Assembly (NCBI RefSeq): GCF_030144855.1
Contig: NC_082717.1
Coordinates: 5,456,001-5,520,000, forward strand
Origin: Hypanus sabinus
Taxonomy: Eukaryota
DNA: 64,000 bases
Direction: 5' to 3'
This document shows, piece by piece, positions 53,181 through 64,000 of this stretch (position 1 is the stretch's first letter; each line of letters starts with the position of its first letter). The notes beneath the pieces are model-generated. The model saw only the letters and a program-made list of their open reading frames with translations. It had not been told where the DNA came from and made no database searches. The translations under genes and the position numbers were made by a program.

Positions 53181-53989
53181 TCATCCTATTCTTACCCTCA
53201 GTGGCCCACAGACAGCAATCCAGAGATTTATACCCCTGAGGTCCTGCTTTTCAGTTTCCTTCCTAACTCTCTGGAAGATCATTATCAGCAATGCCAGTGA
53301 CATCACCGTCCTGGGAATGGAGAAATGCTTTTCAGTTTCCTTCCAAACTCCTGATATCGGCTGCTCAGTTCAAGTTTAATTGTCATTCAGCCTCACACAT
53401 GAAAACAGCCAAATAAAACTGTAACAACACAAAATGCTGGCAGAACTCAGCAGGCCAGACAGCATTTTGTGTTTTTATTTATTTCCAGCATCTGCAGATT
53501 CACTCGTGTTGCAAATGAAACCATGTTCCTCTGGGGCTAAGGTGCACAACACAGTACCGACAGCACACAGCACATATAGTCATGACAGCAGAACAACATA
53601 CAGTCCAACATAGCTGAAGTCCCTGAGTTTTATAGCCTGTAGATTGATGGTCCTGGTCCAGCTTGTCTTCCACTGGACCTTTCGTTTTTCACAACAATGT
53701 TGGTATTAATATTTACCACAGTTTGTCTCTGTTTACAATCCAACTTCAGAATGCTGTGGATTTGATCTTAGACATCTCTGATGCTGGCATCTTGGAGGCA
53801 ACATACCCTTTTGATGTGTTTGTTTGTAAATTAAGTAATTAATTCTAAGCAGAAGGTTGGATGAAGGGCTGGTTTGTATGTGTGAAAGGAGGCAAGGAAA
53901 AATGGGATGAGTAATGTAGATGCGTAGCATTTAGGCAGGGCATGGTCACACGGTCCTGTAGGAAGCAGGTGTTGTACAAAGAGGCTGGG

Positions 53990-56970
53990 AGATCTGTCCC
54001 CACCTGGTGTAAAAGTTTAAACCCTGGGAATAAAAGGATCCTTTTTGGATTGGTTGCCAGTGAATAGTGGTGCTCCAGGGGGTCTGTGTTGGGACCGCTT
54101 CTTTTTATGTTGTACCTGGTATGTCAATAATTTGGATGATGAAATTTGATGGTTTTGTGGCTACGTTTACAGATGATATGAAGATAAGTAGAGGGGCAGG
54201 TACTGTTGAGGAAGCAGGGAGACTACAGAAGGACAGATACATTAGGAGAATGGGCAAAAAGTTAACAGATAGAATATAGTCTTGGAACGTGTATGGTCAT
54301 GCGCTTTGGTAGAAGAAGTAAAAGCAGAGACTATTTTTTAAACAGGGTGAAAATTCAATAATACAATGTGCAAATATATTTGGAATTCTGGTTAATATGT
54401 AGGTTCCATCAATGTTGAGGAAGGTGAATGAAATTTCATTCATTTCAAAAGGACTAAAATATAAAAGCAAGAATGTAATGTTGAGTTTGCATAAGGCACT
54501 TAGGAGGACTCACTTGGAGTATTGTGAGCAGTTTAGTGCCACTTATTGAAGAACAAATGGGCTGAGGTTAGAGAGGGTTCTGAAAAGGTTCAAAACAAAT
54601 ATTCTTGAGATAAAAGGGTTATCATATCAGCTATAATTGAAGACTCTTCGCCTGGAATTTAGAAGAATGAGGGTGGATATCTCTGAAACCTATCAAATGT
54701 TTAAAGGCCTATATAGGCTGGATGTGAATTGAATGTTTCCTTTGGTGGGAGAGTGTAGGACAAGAGGGCAGAATTTCAAAATAGAGGGATGTCCATTTAG
54801 AACGGAGATTAGGAGGAATTTCTTTAGCCGTGGGGTGGTGAATCTGTGGTATTAATTGCCACAGATGGTTGTAGAAGTCAAGTCATTTGGAGCATTTAAG
54901 ACAGAGGTTGATAGAAACATAGAAAATAGGTGCAGGAGTAGGCCATTCGGCCCTTCAAGCCTGCACTGCCATTCAGTATGATCATGGCTGATCATCCAAC
55001 TCAGAACCCTGTACCTGCTTTTCTCCATACCCCCTGATCCCTTTAGTAACAAGGGCCATATCTAACTCCCTCTTAAATATAGCCAATGAACTGGCCTCAA
55101 CTGTTTCCTGTGGCAGAGAATTCCACAGATTCACCACTCTCTATGTGAAGAAGTTTCTCCACATCTCGGTCCTAAAAGGCTTCCCCTTTATCCTTAAACT
55201 GTGACCCCTCATTCTGGACTTCCCCAACATCGGGAACAATCTTCCTGCATCTAGCCTGTCCAATCCCTTTGGAATTTTATAAGTTTCAATAAGGTCCCCC
55301 CTCAATCTTCTAAATTCCAGTGAGTATAAGCCTAGTCTATCCAGTCTTTTTACATATGAAAGTCCTGCCATCCCAGGAATCAATCTGGTAAGCCTTTTTT
55401 GTGGTGGTACTATATTCAAAAGTGTTTATTAGTAAAATAAGCAAAACAATACCAATAATGCAAATATACATATAACACAGGTTAGCGATAATAAACCTAA
55501 AAGTGTAGGAATAATAATAAGCAATAATAAACAAGCTCTATCGATGTCTAAGGGTAAATGAATTGTCATAGAAAAGTATAAAGTTCAGTTCAGTTCATGC
55601 ATGCTGAGGTAGGTATAGTTGTTGTGTGGTAATCGTTGGAGAGAGAGAGAGAGAGAGCGAACGAGATATAACAGCTGCAGCAGGCATACCTTCGATTCCT
55701 TTCTGATTCTGTTGTACCGTTGCGGTGGTCACTCAGCTATGACCCCTCTGTCCTTCAGCTAGACCATTCTTCTGTGGTGGACTCATCACTCTGGCATGAG
55801 TGGACACACACACAAGTCCCCACCGGCTCTGCCGTCACACTGTCAGCTTTATTGACCGATCTCCTGATTCAGTCTCCGAAACCCCCACCTTTCTTGTGGG
55901 TTCACAACACTCAGTCAGTGTCCACTGGTGTGTCTGAAGGGTGTCTGTCCAGCCCTGTCTTTTATCCCTACTAACGGGGTCTCAGCTATCCATCAACCCT
56001 GAATGACTGTGTCCATCAAATCAGGCCACTCCTGCTGTCTCCTGAGGAATGTTAACGAGCAAAGTAAAGTCCTTGTAGTGAAAGGTAAATAATAATCCAG
56101 GAAGAGTCAAAATACAATAAATCAACAGTCTCTCTCTCCCTCTTATCTGTAGTAAATTTTCGTGCCTGTGTTTCGTCTCTCTCTCTCTCTCTCTCATGAG
56201 CAGCATAGCAACAGCAATAGTTCATGGTTCTCAGGTGGGGAATGGTTAACTCTGCACCCTATTGTCCATCAGGTCTGTTCATCACTCATAACACAAGAAT
56301 GTCTTTTCTCAGATTAGGGGACCAAAACTGCACACAATACTCCAGGTGTGGTCTCACCAAGGCCTTGTAAAACTGCAGTAGAACCTCCCTGCTCCTATAT
56401 TCGAATCCTCTTGCTATGAATGCCAACATACCATTCACCTTTTTCACTACCTGCTGTACCTGCATGCCCACCTTCAATGACTGGTGTACAATGACACCCA
56501 GGTCTTGTTGCACATCCTCTTTTCCTAATTGGCCACCATTCAGATAATAATCTGTTATCCTGTTCTTGTCAATAAAGTGGATAGGTTCACATTTATCCAC
56601 ATTAAATTGCATCTGCCATGAATTTGCCCACTCACCTAACCTATCCAAGTCACCCTGCATCCTCTTAGCATCCTCCTCACAGCTAACACTGCCGCCCAGC
56701 TTCGTGTCATCCGCAAACTTGGAGATGCTGCATTTAATTCCCTCATCTAAATCATTAATATATATTGTAAACAACAGGGGTCCCAGCACTGAGCCTTGCG
56801 GTACCCCACTAGACACTAATATACTAGTCATTAATGATAGGTTCTTGATTAGTTAGGTCATGAAAGGATAAGACAGGAGAATGTGGCTGAAAGGGAAATG
56901 GATCAGCCGAAATGAAATGGCGAGCAGACTTGATGGGATAAATGGCCTAATTTTGCTCCTGTGTGTTACA
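53990..56970. mobile_element. Three-level nest: CR1(+) interrupted by CR1(-) (54915-56834), which contains a solo LTR (~55400-56293)
   Basis: The + CR1 3' end is split at TGATAG (54909-54914 and 56835-56840, candidate TSD). The - CR1 RT ORF 56286-56831 has [13 protein letters not shown] and KFADDTK. LTR termini tgtggt...cataaca. Confidence 0.75.
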
Positions 56971-57634
56971 GTCTTCAGTTTGTTCACAGGACAGGGTGCA
57001 GAAGTGATTATCAAAGACATTTATGGACTCATACAAAGGGCTTGAATTACAAACAGACTCAGGATACACTGGGGTGTTTATCGCTGGAGAGAGAGAGTCT
57101 GATGTGACCGTAGAGGTGTCTAAAATCATGAGGGAGCTGGATAAATTTTACTGTTTGCGCAATTTGTTCTTTTTCTCACACATTGAGTGTTTGATGTTCT
57201 CTTGAATGGGTTGAATGGTGTTCCATTGCTTTGCAACTGTCTGTGAAAGGATGAATCTCAGAGTTATATTCTGTGGACACACTTTGATAATAAACGTACT
57301 TGGAATCTTTGATATGGTGGGTGGTCAGAGTCCTTTTCCCAGGGGAACAGAGTCTAAACTAGGTCTAGGTTTAAGATGAGCAGGAGGAAGATTGAACGGG
57401 GCCAAGAGGGACATGTTTTTCATATGGAGGGTAGTGAGTATATGGATCGAGCTGCCAAAGGAAGCGGTACAGGGGGTACAATTGCAACATTTAAAACACA
57501 TGACAACAAGAATGTGGACAGTAAACTTTAGAGGGATTATGGACCCAAAAGAGGGAAATCTTTGTTAGGAGGGACATGTTGGGCAGAACGGCCCATTTCT
57601 GTGTTGTACAAGTCCATGACTCTGTCACCCTCAG

Positions 57635-58006
57635 CCCCGTTTGTTCTTCAGGCCTGTCCCCAACCCACGATTCAGCCCATCAGCACATTGATGCCACTTG
57701 GTCACAACTGAGTCTATGTCCCCAACTAGTTTAGCACTGACATGGTATCCCCTGCGTCCGGCTCTTTTCTGACTTTCAGTTGCTTACTGCCCCTAGGTGT
57801 AAATGGAGGGACAATCCTGAGTCTTTACTATACTGGCCAAGTGTACAATTCACGGAGATTCTCCAATCGATTTCAGGTTTCCAGGAGTGTCATCACTAAC
57901 AGCTACTCACTGACGATCAACAACGTGAAGGTCAATGACTCTAAACTTTACATCTGTGGCATTTGGGGGAAGGTCGTTGGAAAGGGAACCCAGCTGAATG
58001 TGACCA
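57635..58006 (+). pseudogene. Ig V-set exon with a germline-joined J-like motif (VJ-type domain), carrying two compensating frameshifts
   Basis: Acceptor CACCCTCAG at 57634 and donor A|GTGAGT at 58007 (phase 1 to 1). Reconstruction PFVLQACPQPTIQPISTL/CHLVTTESMSPTSLALTWYPLRP/GSFLTFSCLLPLGVNGGTILSLYYTGQVYNSRRFSNRFQVSRSVITNSYSLTINNVKVNDSKLYICGIWGKVVGKGTQLNVT. Cys 57692, Trp 57743, RF, L-T-I, D-x-x-x-Y-x-C (Cys 57955) and GKGTQLNV are present. The 3' half is an open frame; the 5' half needs shifts near 57691 and 57759. Confidence 0.85.
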
Positions 58007-59784
58007 GTGAGTACTTCATGTTGGTTCTGTTTCCCAGTCACATCCCTGAGTCAATGAGTAACGATGACATTGTATGTTCAGTTACACAGAAACAGCTGTT
58101 ATTACAAGTTTATAAAGAGTGGTTAAACTGAATGTGGATAAAGATTCACTGCCTGCCGAGCTGAGGGGTACTTAGGGATGGAGAATAAATATCAAAATTT
58201 CCAGTGGCAATGTTCTGTGAATGGAGAAATGTAAAGAAATTGCAGAATATTCAGGAACAGCCCAATAATCCACCATCTTTCCTTCATTCTCCACCTGGTT
58301 CACCAGGTGATATTTAATGTCACCTTCCCAGTCCACTCACCCAGATCTCTGGCTCCTGAACTACTTTTCAGTTCCCCCACACCCTGACAATCTGACCAAA
58401 TTAATGACATTGACACATCTTTTATGTTTATTTAAACACCTTTCTTTGAAATGTGATTTAAAAGCGAGTTTGATCATGACGAGAGTAAAATGAGAGAGGT
58501 ATGGAGGGCAGGTAGATGGGACAAGGCAGAAAACCTGAGCTAGATGGACTGAAGGGCCCATTCCTGTACTGCAGTGGTCTATGACTGTGACTCTGGAATA
58601 TCTGACACTCCCAAGACCAGGAGATCCCTGACTGTGCTGAATTATCTGAGTTCTTAAATTTCAGTTTCCATCCTTTTTCCAAAACTTCAAATGAGTTGCT
58701 ATAATTACTTTGCTCAGTCGGGCAAACAGTCTTGGATCTGAACCATTTAGAGATTTCCTCTCCCCACAGATGCTGCCTAACCCAAAGACTTCCTTCCAGC
58801 AGCTTCTCATTTTTTCGGAGTCACAGACCAATACAGCACAAATACAGGCCCATCTGCCCATCCAGTACCTGCTGAAAATGGGATTCACACAGCTGGTCCC
58901 AATTTCCTGTACTTGATCCATATACCTACAAATCATAATCCCTCCATGTACCTATCTAAATGCTTCTTAAATGAAGCTGCTGTACCTGTCTCCCCCACTT
59001 CCTCTGGGAGCCCGTTCCATATACATTGGGAGAACGTCTTCACTCAGGGCAGTCAGAGTGTGTATCGAGCTTCCAGTGGAATTGGTGGATGCAAGTTCGA
59101 TTTCAACATTTGAGAGAAATTTGGATAGGTACATGGATGAGAAGAGTATAAAGGGATATGGTCCAGTTCGATGGGACTAGGCAGATTAATAGTTCAACAC
59201 AGACCAGGTGGGATGAATGGCCTGTTTCTGTTGTGATATGTGATGAGCAAACCAGGCTGAGATGGGCTCTAGAGTTCACCCCCCCTGTGAACTATGCTGC
59301 TAACGAGAGAGAGAGGAGAAGAGGGAGGAGGCATCCTGCTGCAGATGCTGATAATGAGAGAGAGAGAGTGATTGTATTATGGCTTCGCTAATTGTTTATT
59401 TGCTCCAAGGATGCTTTCTTTACCTACTCGTGTGGATTCCTGCTGAGACAGCAAGCCGGTACTGGGTGATGGACTGCTGATGGATGACTGCTACCCTGTC
59501 AGGGGAGATAAAAAGCAAGTCTGCTGAGACACAAGCAGACACACCACGGGACACGGAAAGAGCATTGTGCACCCACGGGAAGGTGAGGGTTCAGAGGATC
59601 GATTCGGGGGGAATCAATCAAAGGCTCACAGTGTGTGAAGGTGGACCAGTGGGGGCTTGTGGTTATGTCCATCCTTGCCTGGGTGACAAACCTACCACTG
59701 AAGAACGGTCATGCCTGATATGGTCACAGTCGGTGATCACAACAGGACAAGAAGGCAACGGAAGGTTTGACTGCAAATGCATCA

Positions 59785-59786
<2 letters not shown>

Positions 59787-59852
<66 letters not shown>
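59787..59852 (+). repeat. (CT)n microsatellite inside the 5' LTR
   Basis: Seen directly; the equivalent position in the 3' LTR (~63557-63576) has only a short CT run. Confidence 0.95.
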
Positions 59853-60144
59853 CAATGGTGCAACAGCAACTACCTCGACTTAAACTAAACTGGACTGAAC
59901 TGAACTATGCACCATCATAAGTATTCATTTACCCCTAGACTTCGATAGAGCTTGGTTTTGATTCATATCTCTACACTTCTGTATATTCTGTATATCATTG
60001 CTAACCTGTTTTATATATTTGCATTTTTATAGTACTGTATTAATTAGTTTACTAATAAGCACTTTTAGTTACAGTAGTAACAGACACCAACTTGTCATTC
60101 CATTTCTGCTGGTTCGGTAACCCAGTTTCGGGTACATAACAAAT

Positions 60145-60162
60145 TGGGGGCTCGTCCGGGAT
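60145..60162 (+). promoter_or_regulatory. Primer-binding site complementary to the tRNA-Pro 3' end
   Basis: TGGGGGCTCGTCCGGGAT, the canonical 18-nt Pro PBS, starts 3 nt after the LTR CA end. Confidence 0.92.
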
Positions 60163-63100
60163 TTGAATTACCAATTGGGAGGCTGTTGAATTGATGATTT
60201 GGGTGTGTGGAAAACTAAAGGAAAACAGTATAAATGGAGTTTGAGGGTATTAGGCATAAGGCGCTGCTGGTACCATTTAATATCAGCCAAGAAATTGAGT
60301 TAGTACCATACTTTGATACAACCGAGTTAGACCGGTAAATCATACACTTTGCAAAGGTGGCACAGACTCGACAATGGCCGAGGGATAGGTGGACTATCAT
60401 GTTACAGTATGTGTTGAAAGGGAAAGTTCATAGGGCGTATTCTGCCCTGACCTTTGAACAGTCCCGGAATTATGATACAGTGAAAGATGCAGTGTTTAAA
60501 ATCTATGCGGGTAGACAAGAGTTCAGAGACTTAAAGAAGTCCAGGAGCAAGAGCTACCAGAGGGGTAGCTGGGATGGTCAAGAGAGCCTGTCGACCAAGT
60601 CAGAGAGTAAGCTGGGGACTAGTGGAAAAGGTAAGGAAGATAAGAAGCAGTCTAGAAAGAAGTTTCCCAGTTTTACATGTTATAATTGTTGGAAAGCTGG
60701 TCACATAGTTTCTAAGTATTTAGCTCCCAAAATGGAGAAAGGAAAAGGAAAGGTGACAACCCCAACTGCCTGCATTAAGCCAACTGAAATGCCGCTAAAG
60801 AAGGAGGAGCCAAGCTGAGTTCAGGAGGGATGTGAGAAATTTCTTCTGACTGGGTTGCTATCTGTGAAGGAGCCCCAGTGCTAGTGAGAATCTGGAGAGG
60901 CACTTGGGCTTTTCAGTCCTTAATCCTAAGCGGTGTGTTAGACTTCAGTGCTGAGACTGAGACTGGTGACATGGTGATAAAAGGGGTTGGAAAAGGGACC
61001 GAGGCAGTACCGTTGCAAAAAATATTTTTGAAATGTGGCTTAGTGTCTGGACCAGTCACAATAGGGGTGCAGTCTGTACTCCCAATACGAGATGTGGATG
61101 TCTTACTTGGGAATGACCCGGCAGGGAGGGATGTGTTCCCAACAGTTCAGCTAATGAGTAAACCTGTAAGTGCTGAGGACCCGCCCATAGATTTGGAAGT
61201 TTATCCCGCCTGCGCAGTAACCCAAAGCATGGCGAGAAGGGCTGTTGAGAAAAACCCTGATGCAGCTGAGACGAACCTTGATTTAGCTGAGATGTTTTTA
61301 CCATCCTTGTATCAGAAGGGGTTAGAGGATAACAAAACTAAGAAGAGTAAGGGGGTTGAGGCAGATTTATCCTTGTTAAGAAAAGACTTTGTGAAGGAAC
61401 AGAGCAAAGATGAGAAACAGATGTGGCAGCTGGAAGGTTCAGTGTTGGACAGTGATGATTTATATTGCTTGAAAGAGCTGTTTGCTGTTGAAGAATTTAA
61501 GAAGTGTGTTCCCGATGATGTAAGGGCATTCTGAGATGAAAAGGATGCCGCTTCCTTGAAGGAGTCTGCTAGGTTAGCAGACGAGGTTGTTTTAACCTGC
61601 AAGGTTGAGTTTACTCCGGATGGGAGTTGCCCAGAGAGCAGCTGGGAGGATTAGGGGAACCTGGAATTTGAAACTGGGACTGGTATTGAAAGCCTAGAAG
61701 AGGCAGATGTCCCGTTTGCCTGTGTTCAGGTTGTTGAAGTACCTGTAGATTCACAGGGTACTGAACCTTGTGTTGAGACTCAGGAAAGGTCTGAGGTGTC
61801 TGACTCAGTTAATCAAGAATGCAGTCCTTTTGTGTCAGATAGACTTGATTCAGTGAGTAAGGGGTTAACCCTGGCACCAGTGGAAAGTGAGGATTCTCCG
61901 TCACACTGTATTAGAAAGTGTTCTAAATGTTAATGATGAGATAAAAGCTGGTGATGTGAATATTATTGAAGATATTGAGAAAAGTGTTTCTGGATTTTTT
62001 TGAATAAGGTAAATTTAACATCTGGAGTGGTTTCAGGACTGCTGGCCATGTTGAAGGATCAGTGGTTAGGTAACAAGGTGCCTGCTAGTCTGTTACAGTT
62101 CATTTTGGAATTTAAAGATAAACAACTTGGTGATGTTGTTCAAGTTTGTGGTTTGGAGAGACCATCTGCTGGTGTTATTGTGGAAACAAATAGACTTAAA
62201 GATCTTGCAGATACAATTAATGACTTGCTTAAAATTAGTGTTTGGAAGTTCAGCAAATGGGCTTAGTTTGGAAAACATTAGTGATAGGCTAGCACTTGTG
62301 CAGGGAGTCTATGAAGGCTTTATCCAAGCTGGTAAACAAGCTGATCACACGAGGGTTAAGTGCTCTGATTCGAAGTGGAAAAGGGACAATGATTGACCAA
62401 ACACCACTTTGAATAACAGGATCTGGTTTTGCAGGAATTTGATTTTTTTGTGTGTAACAAAGCGTATGAAAGATAAAGACAATATTATGGTAGATTGATT
62501 AAATGTTAAGTTTCAAAGTGAAACATAGATTAGTATTTGTATAAGCTTCTGGAATGGGCTACATGATAATCACACATGTATTAGTTTAAACTCTGTAATA
62601 TACACCCAAGCTAAAAATTATTCTACTGTAGAGAAAAAATTACTGTCACTTATTCTGGCATTACGGCATTTTGAGATTTACATTAGTCTGGTACAGAAGC
62701 CATTAATAGTTTATACTGATCACAATCCATTGGTATTTTTCACTAATATGAAGGATTAGAATAGACAGTCACTGAGTTGGTGTCTGATGTTACAAGAGTT
62801 TGATGTAAAGATACAACATGTAAAGGGGACTGACGATGTAATTGCTGATTGTTTATCTAGGTGTTAGATTTGAAATTATATCTGTGTTACTCTGCGGTTA
62901 ATGACTACTTATGTCTTACATTAGACTCTGTGACGTGCATTAATATTGAATTTTTACACCCCCCCCCCCGTAAAAATTCTTTTAAGGATAGGGGTGTGTG
63001 ATGTGTGATGAGCAAACCAGGCTGAGATGGGGTCCAGAGTTGACCCCCCCTGTGAACTATGCTGCTAACAAGAGAGAGAGAGAAGAAGAGGGGGGAGGCA

Positions 63101-64000
63101 TCCTACTGCAGATGCTGATAATGAGAGAGAGAGTGATTTAGTATTATGGCTTCTTCGCTAATTGTTTACTTTGCTCCAAGCACACTTTCTTTACCTGCTC
63201 GTGCGAATTCCTGCTGAGACAGCAAGGCAGTACCAGGTGATGGACAGCTGATGGATGGCAGGTACCCCATCAGGTGAGATAAAAAGCAAGTCTGCTGAGA
63301 CACAAGCAGACACACCACGGGACACTGAAAGAGTGTTGTGCACCCATGGGAAGGTGGGGGTTCGGAGGATCGATTCGGCGGGAATCGATCAGGGGCTCAC
63401 AGTGTGTGAAGGCAGACCGGTGGGGGCTTGTGTGTGTATGTCCATCCTCACCTGGGTGACAAGCCTACCACTGAAGAACGGTCGCACCTGATATGGTCAC
63501 AGTTGGCGACCACAACAGGACAAGAAGGCAACGGAAGGTTTGCCTGCAACTGCATCATCTCTTGCTCTCTCTCTCCAACGGTACAACAGCAACAACCTCA
63601 ACTTAAACTAAACTAAACTGAACTGAAATCTGCACTATCATAAGATTATTCATTTACCCCAGACTTCGATAGAGCTTGGTTTTGATTCCTATCTCCACAC
63701 TTCTGTATATATCATTGCTAACCTGTTTTATATACTTGCATTTTTTATAGTACTGTATTACTTAGTTTACAAATAAACACTTTTAGTTACAGTAATACCA
63801 GACTCCAACGTATCATTCCATTGCTGCTGGTTTGGTAACCCAATCACAGGGTACGTGAGACTACGATGCAGTATTCTATCACTCTTTGGCTCACCACCAT
63901 CTGTATGAAACCCTAAATGAACAAAATCAGCACAGACACCAAGTGTAGATAAAGAACTGCCTTCATACAATGTTTTTGACAATTGCATCCTCTAAATCTT

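Larger units (their letters stand above)
59232..63860 (+). mobile_element. Non-autonomous, internally deleted Gmr1-like Ty3/Gypsy LTR retrotransposon
   Basis: 5' LTR 59232-60141 (TGTGAT...TAACA); 3' LTR 62997-63860; PBS at 60145-60162; PPT aaggatagggg ~62984-62994. Gag WPRDRWTIMLQYVLKGK and CYNCWKAGH; protease remnant VRIWRGTWAFQSLIL; RNase H C-terminus YSTVEKKLL...VYTDHNPL...VIADCLSRC* (~62613-62867) just before the PPT. No RT or IN core seen. Confidence 0.9.

Noticed and set aside
53698-53770. Hydrophobic ATG-led stretch MLVLIFTTVCLCLQS as the leader for the + strand V exon
   Set aside because: No GT donor at the expected phase-1 position, and the frame ends in a stop.
57023-57205. 60-aa ORF near the V exon as an upstream exon
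   Set aside because: Largely a decayed CR1 3' remnant (tagaggtgtctaaaatcatgaggg) followed by a LINE tail.
1-64000. Prokaryotic-type systems (operons, defence islands) and rRNA/tRNA genes
   Set aside because: None seen. The sequence is repeat-rich eukaryotic DNA, and tRNA similarity is limited to PBS and SINE box motifs.

Overview
This is vertebrate genomic DNA, not prokaryotic. The repeat mix (abundant CR1, Rex/Babar-type and L1/Tx1-type LINEs, Ty3/Gypsy LTR elements, tRNA-derived SINEs) and the style of the Ig exons suggest a cartilaginous fish; the taxon is an inference. By eye about 90% of the window is decayed, nested transposable elements, and almost all ORFs in the track are TE fragments or spurious antisense ORFs. 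The small non-repeat islands carry immunoglobulin-superfamily pieces. (1) A + strand V-set exon at 57635-58006 has a J-like GxGTxLxV motif already joined in the germline, no RSS, and two compensating frameshifts. (2) A clean 49-nt signal-peptide exon lies on the - strand at 7348-7396, with a PU.1/ETS site upstream. (3) A probable C1-set exon on the - strand is split by about 11 kb of nested TEs (30551-30654 plus 19178-19369), with a candidate 24-nt micro-exon upstream. Together they suggest a TE-diluted, partly pseudogenised cluster of non-rearranging VJ(-C1) antigen-receptor-like genes; this is the best candidate for an under-described system. Also notable is a non-autonomous Gmr1-type LTR element (59232-63860) with a perfect tRNA-Pro PBS and an apparently permuted gag segment. 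TE boundaries are read by eye and approximate unless TSDs or termini are quoted. There is one 377-N assembly gap.
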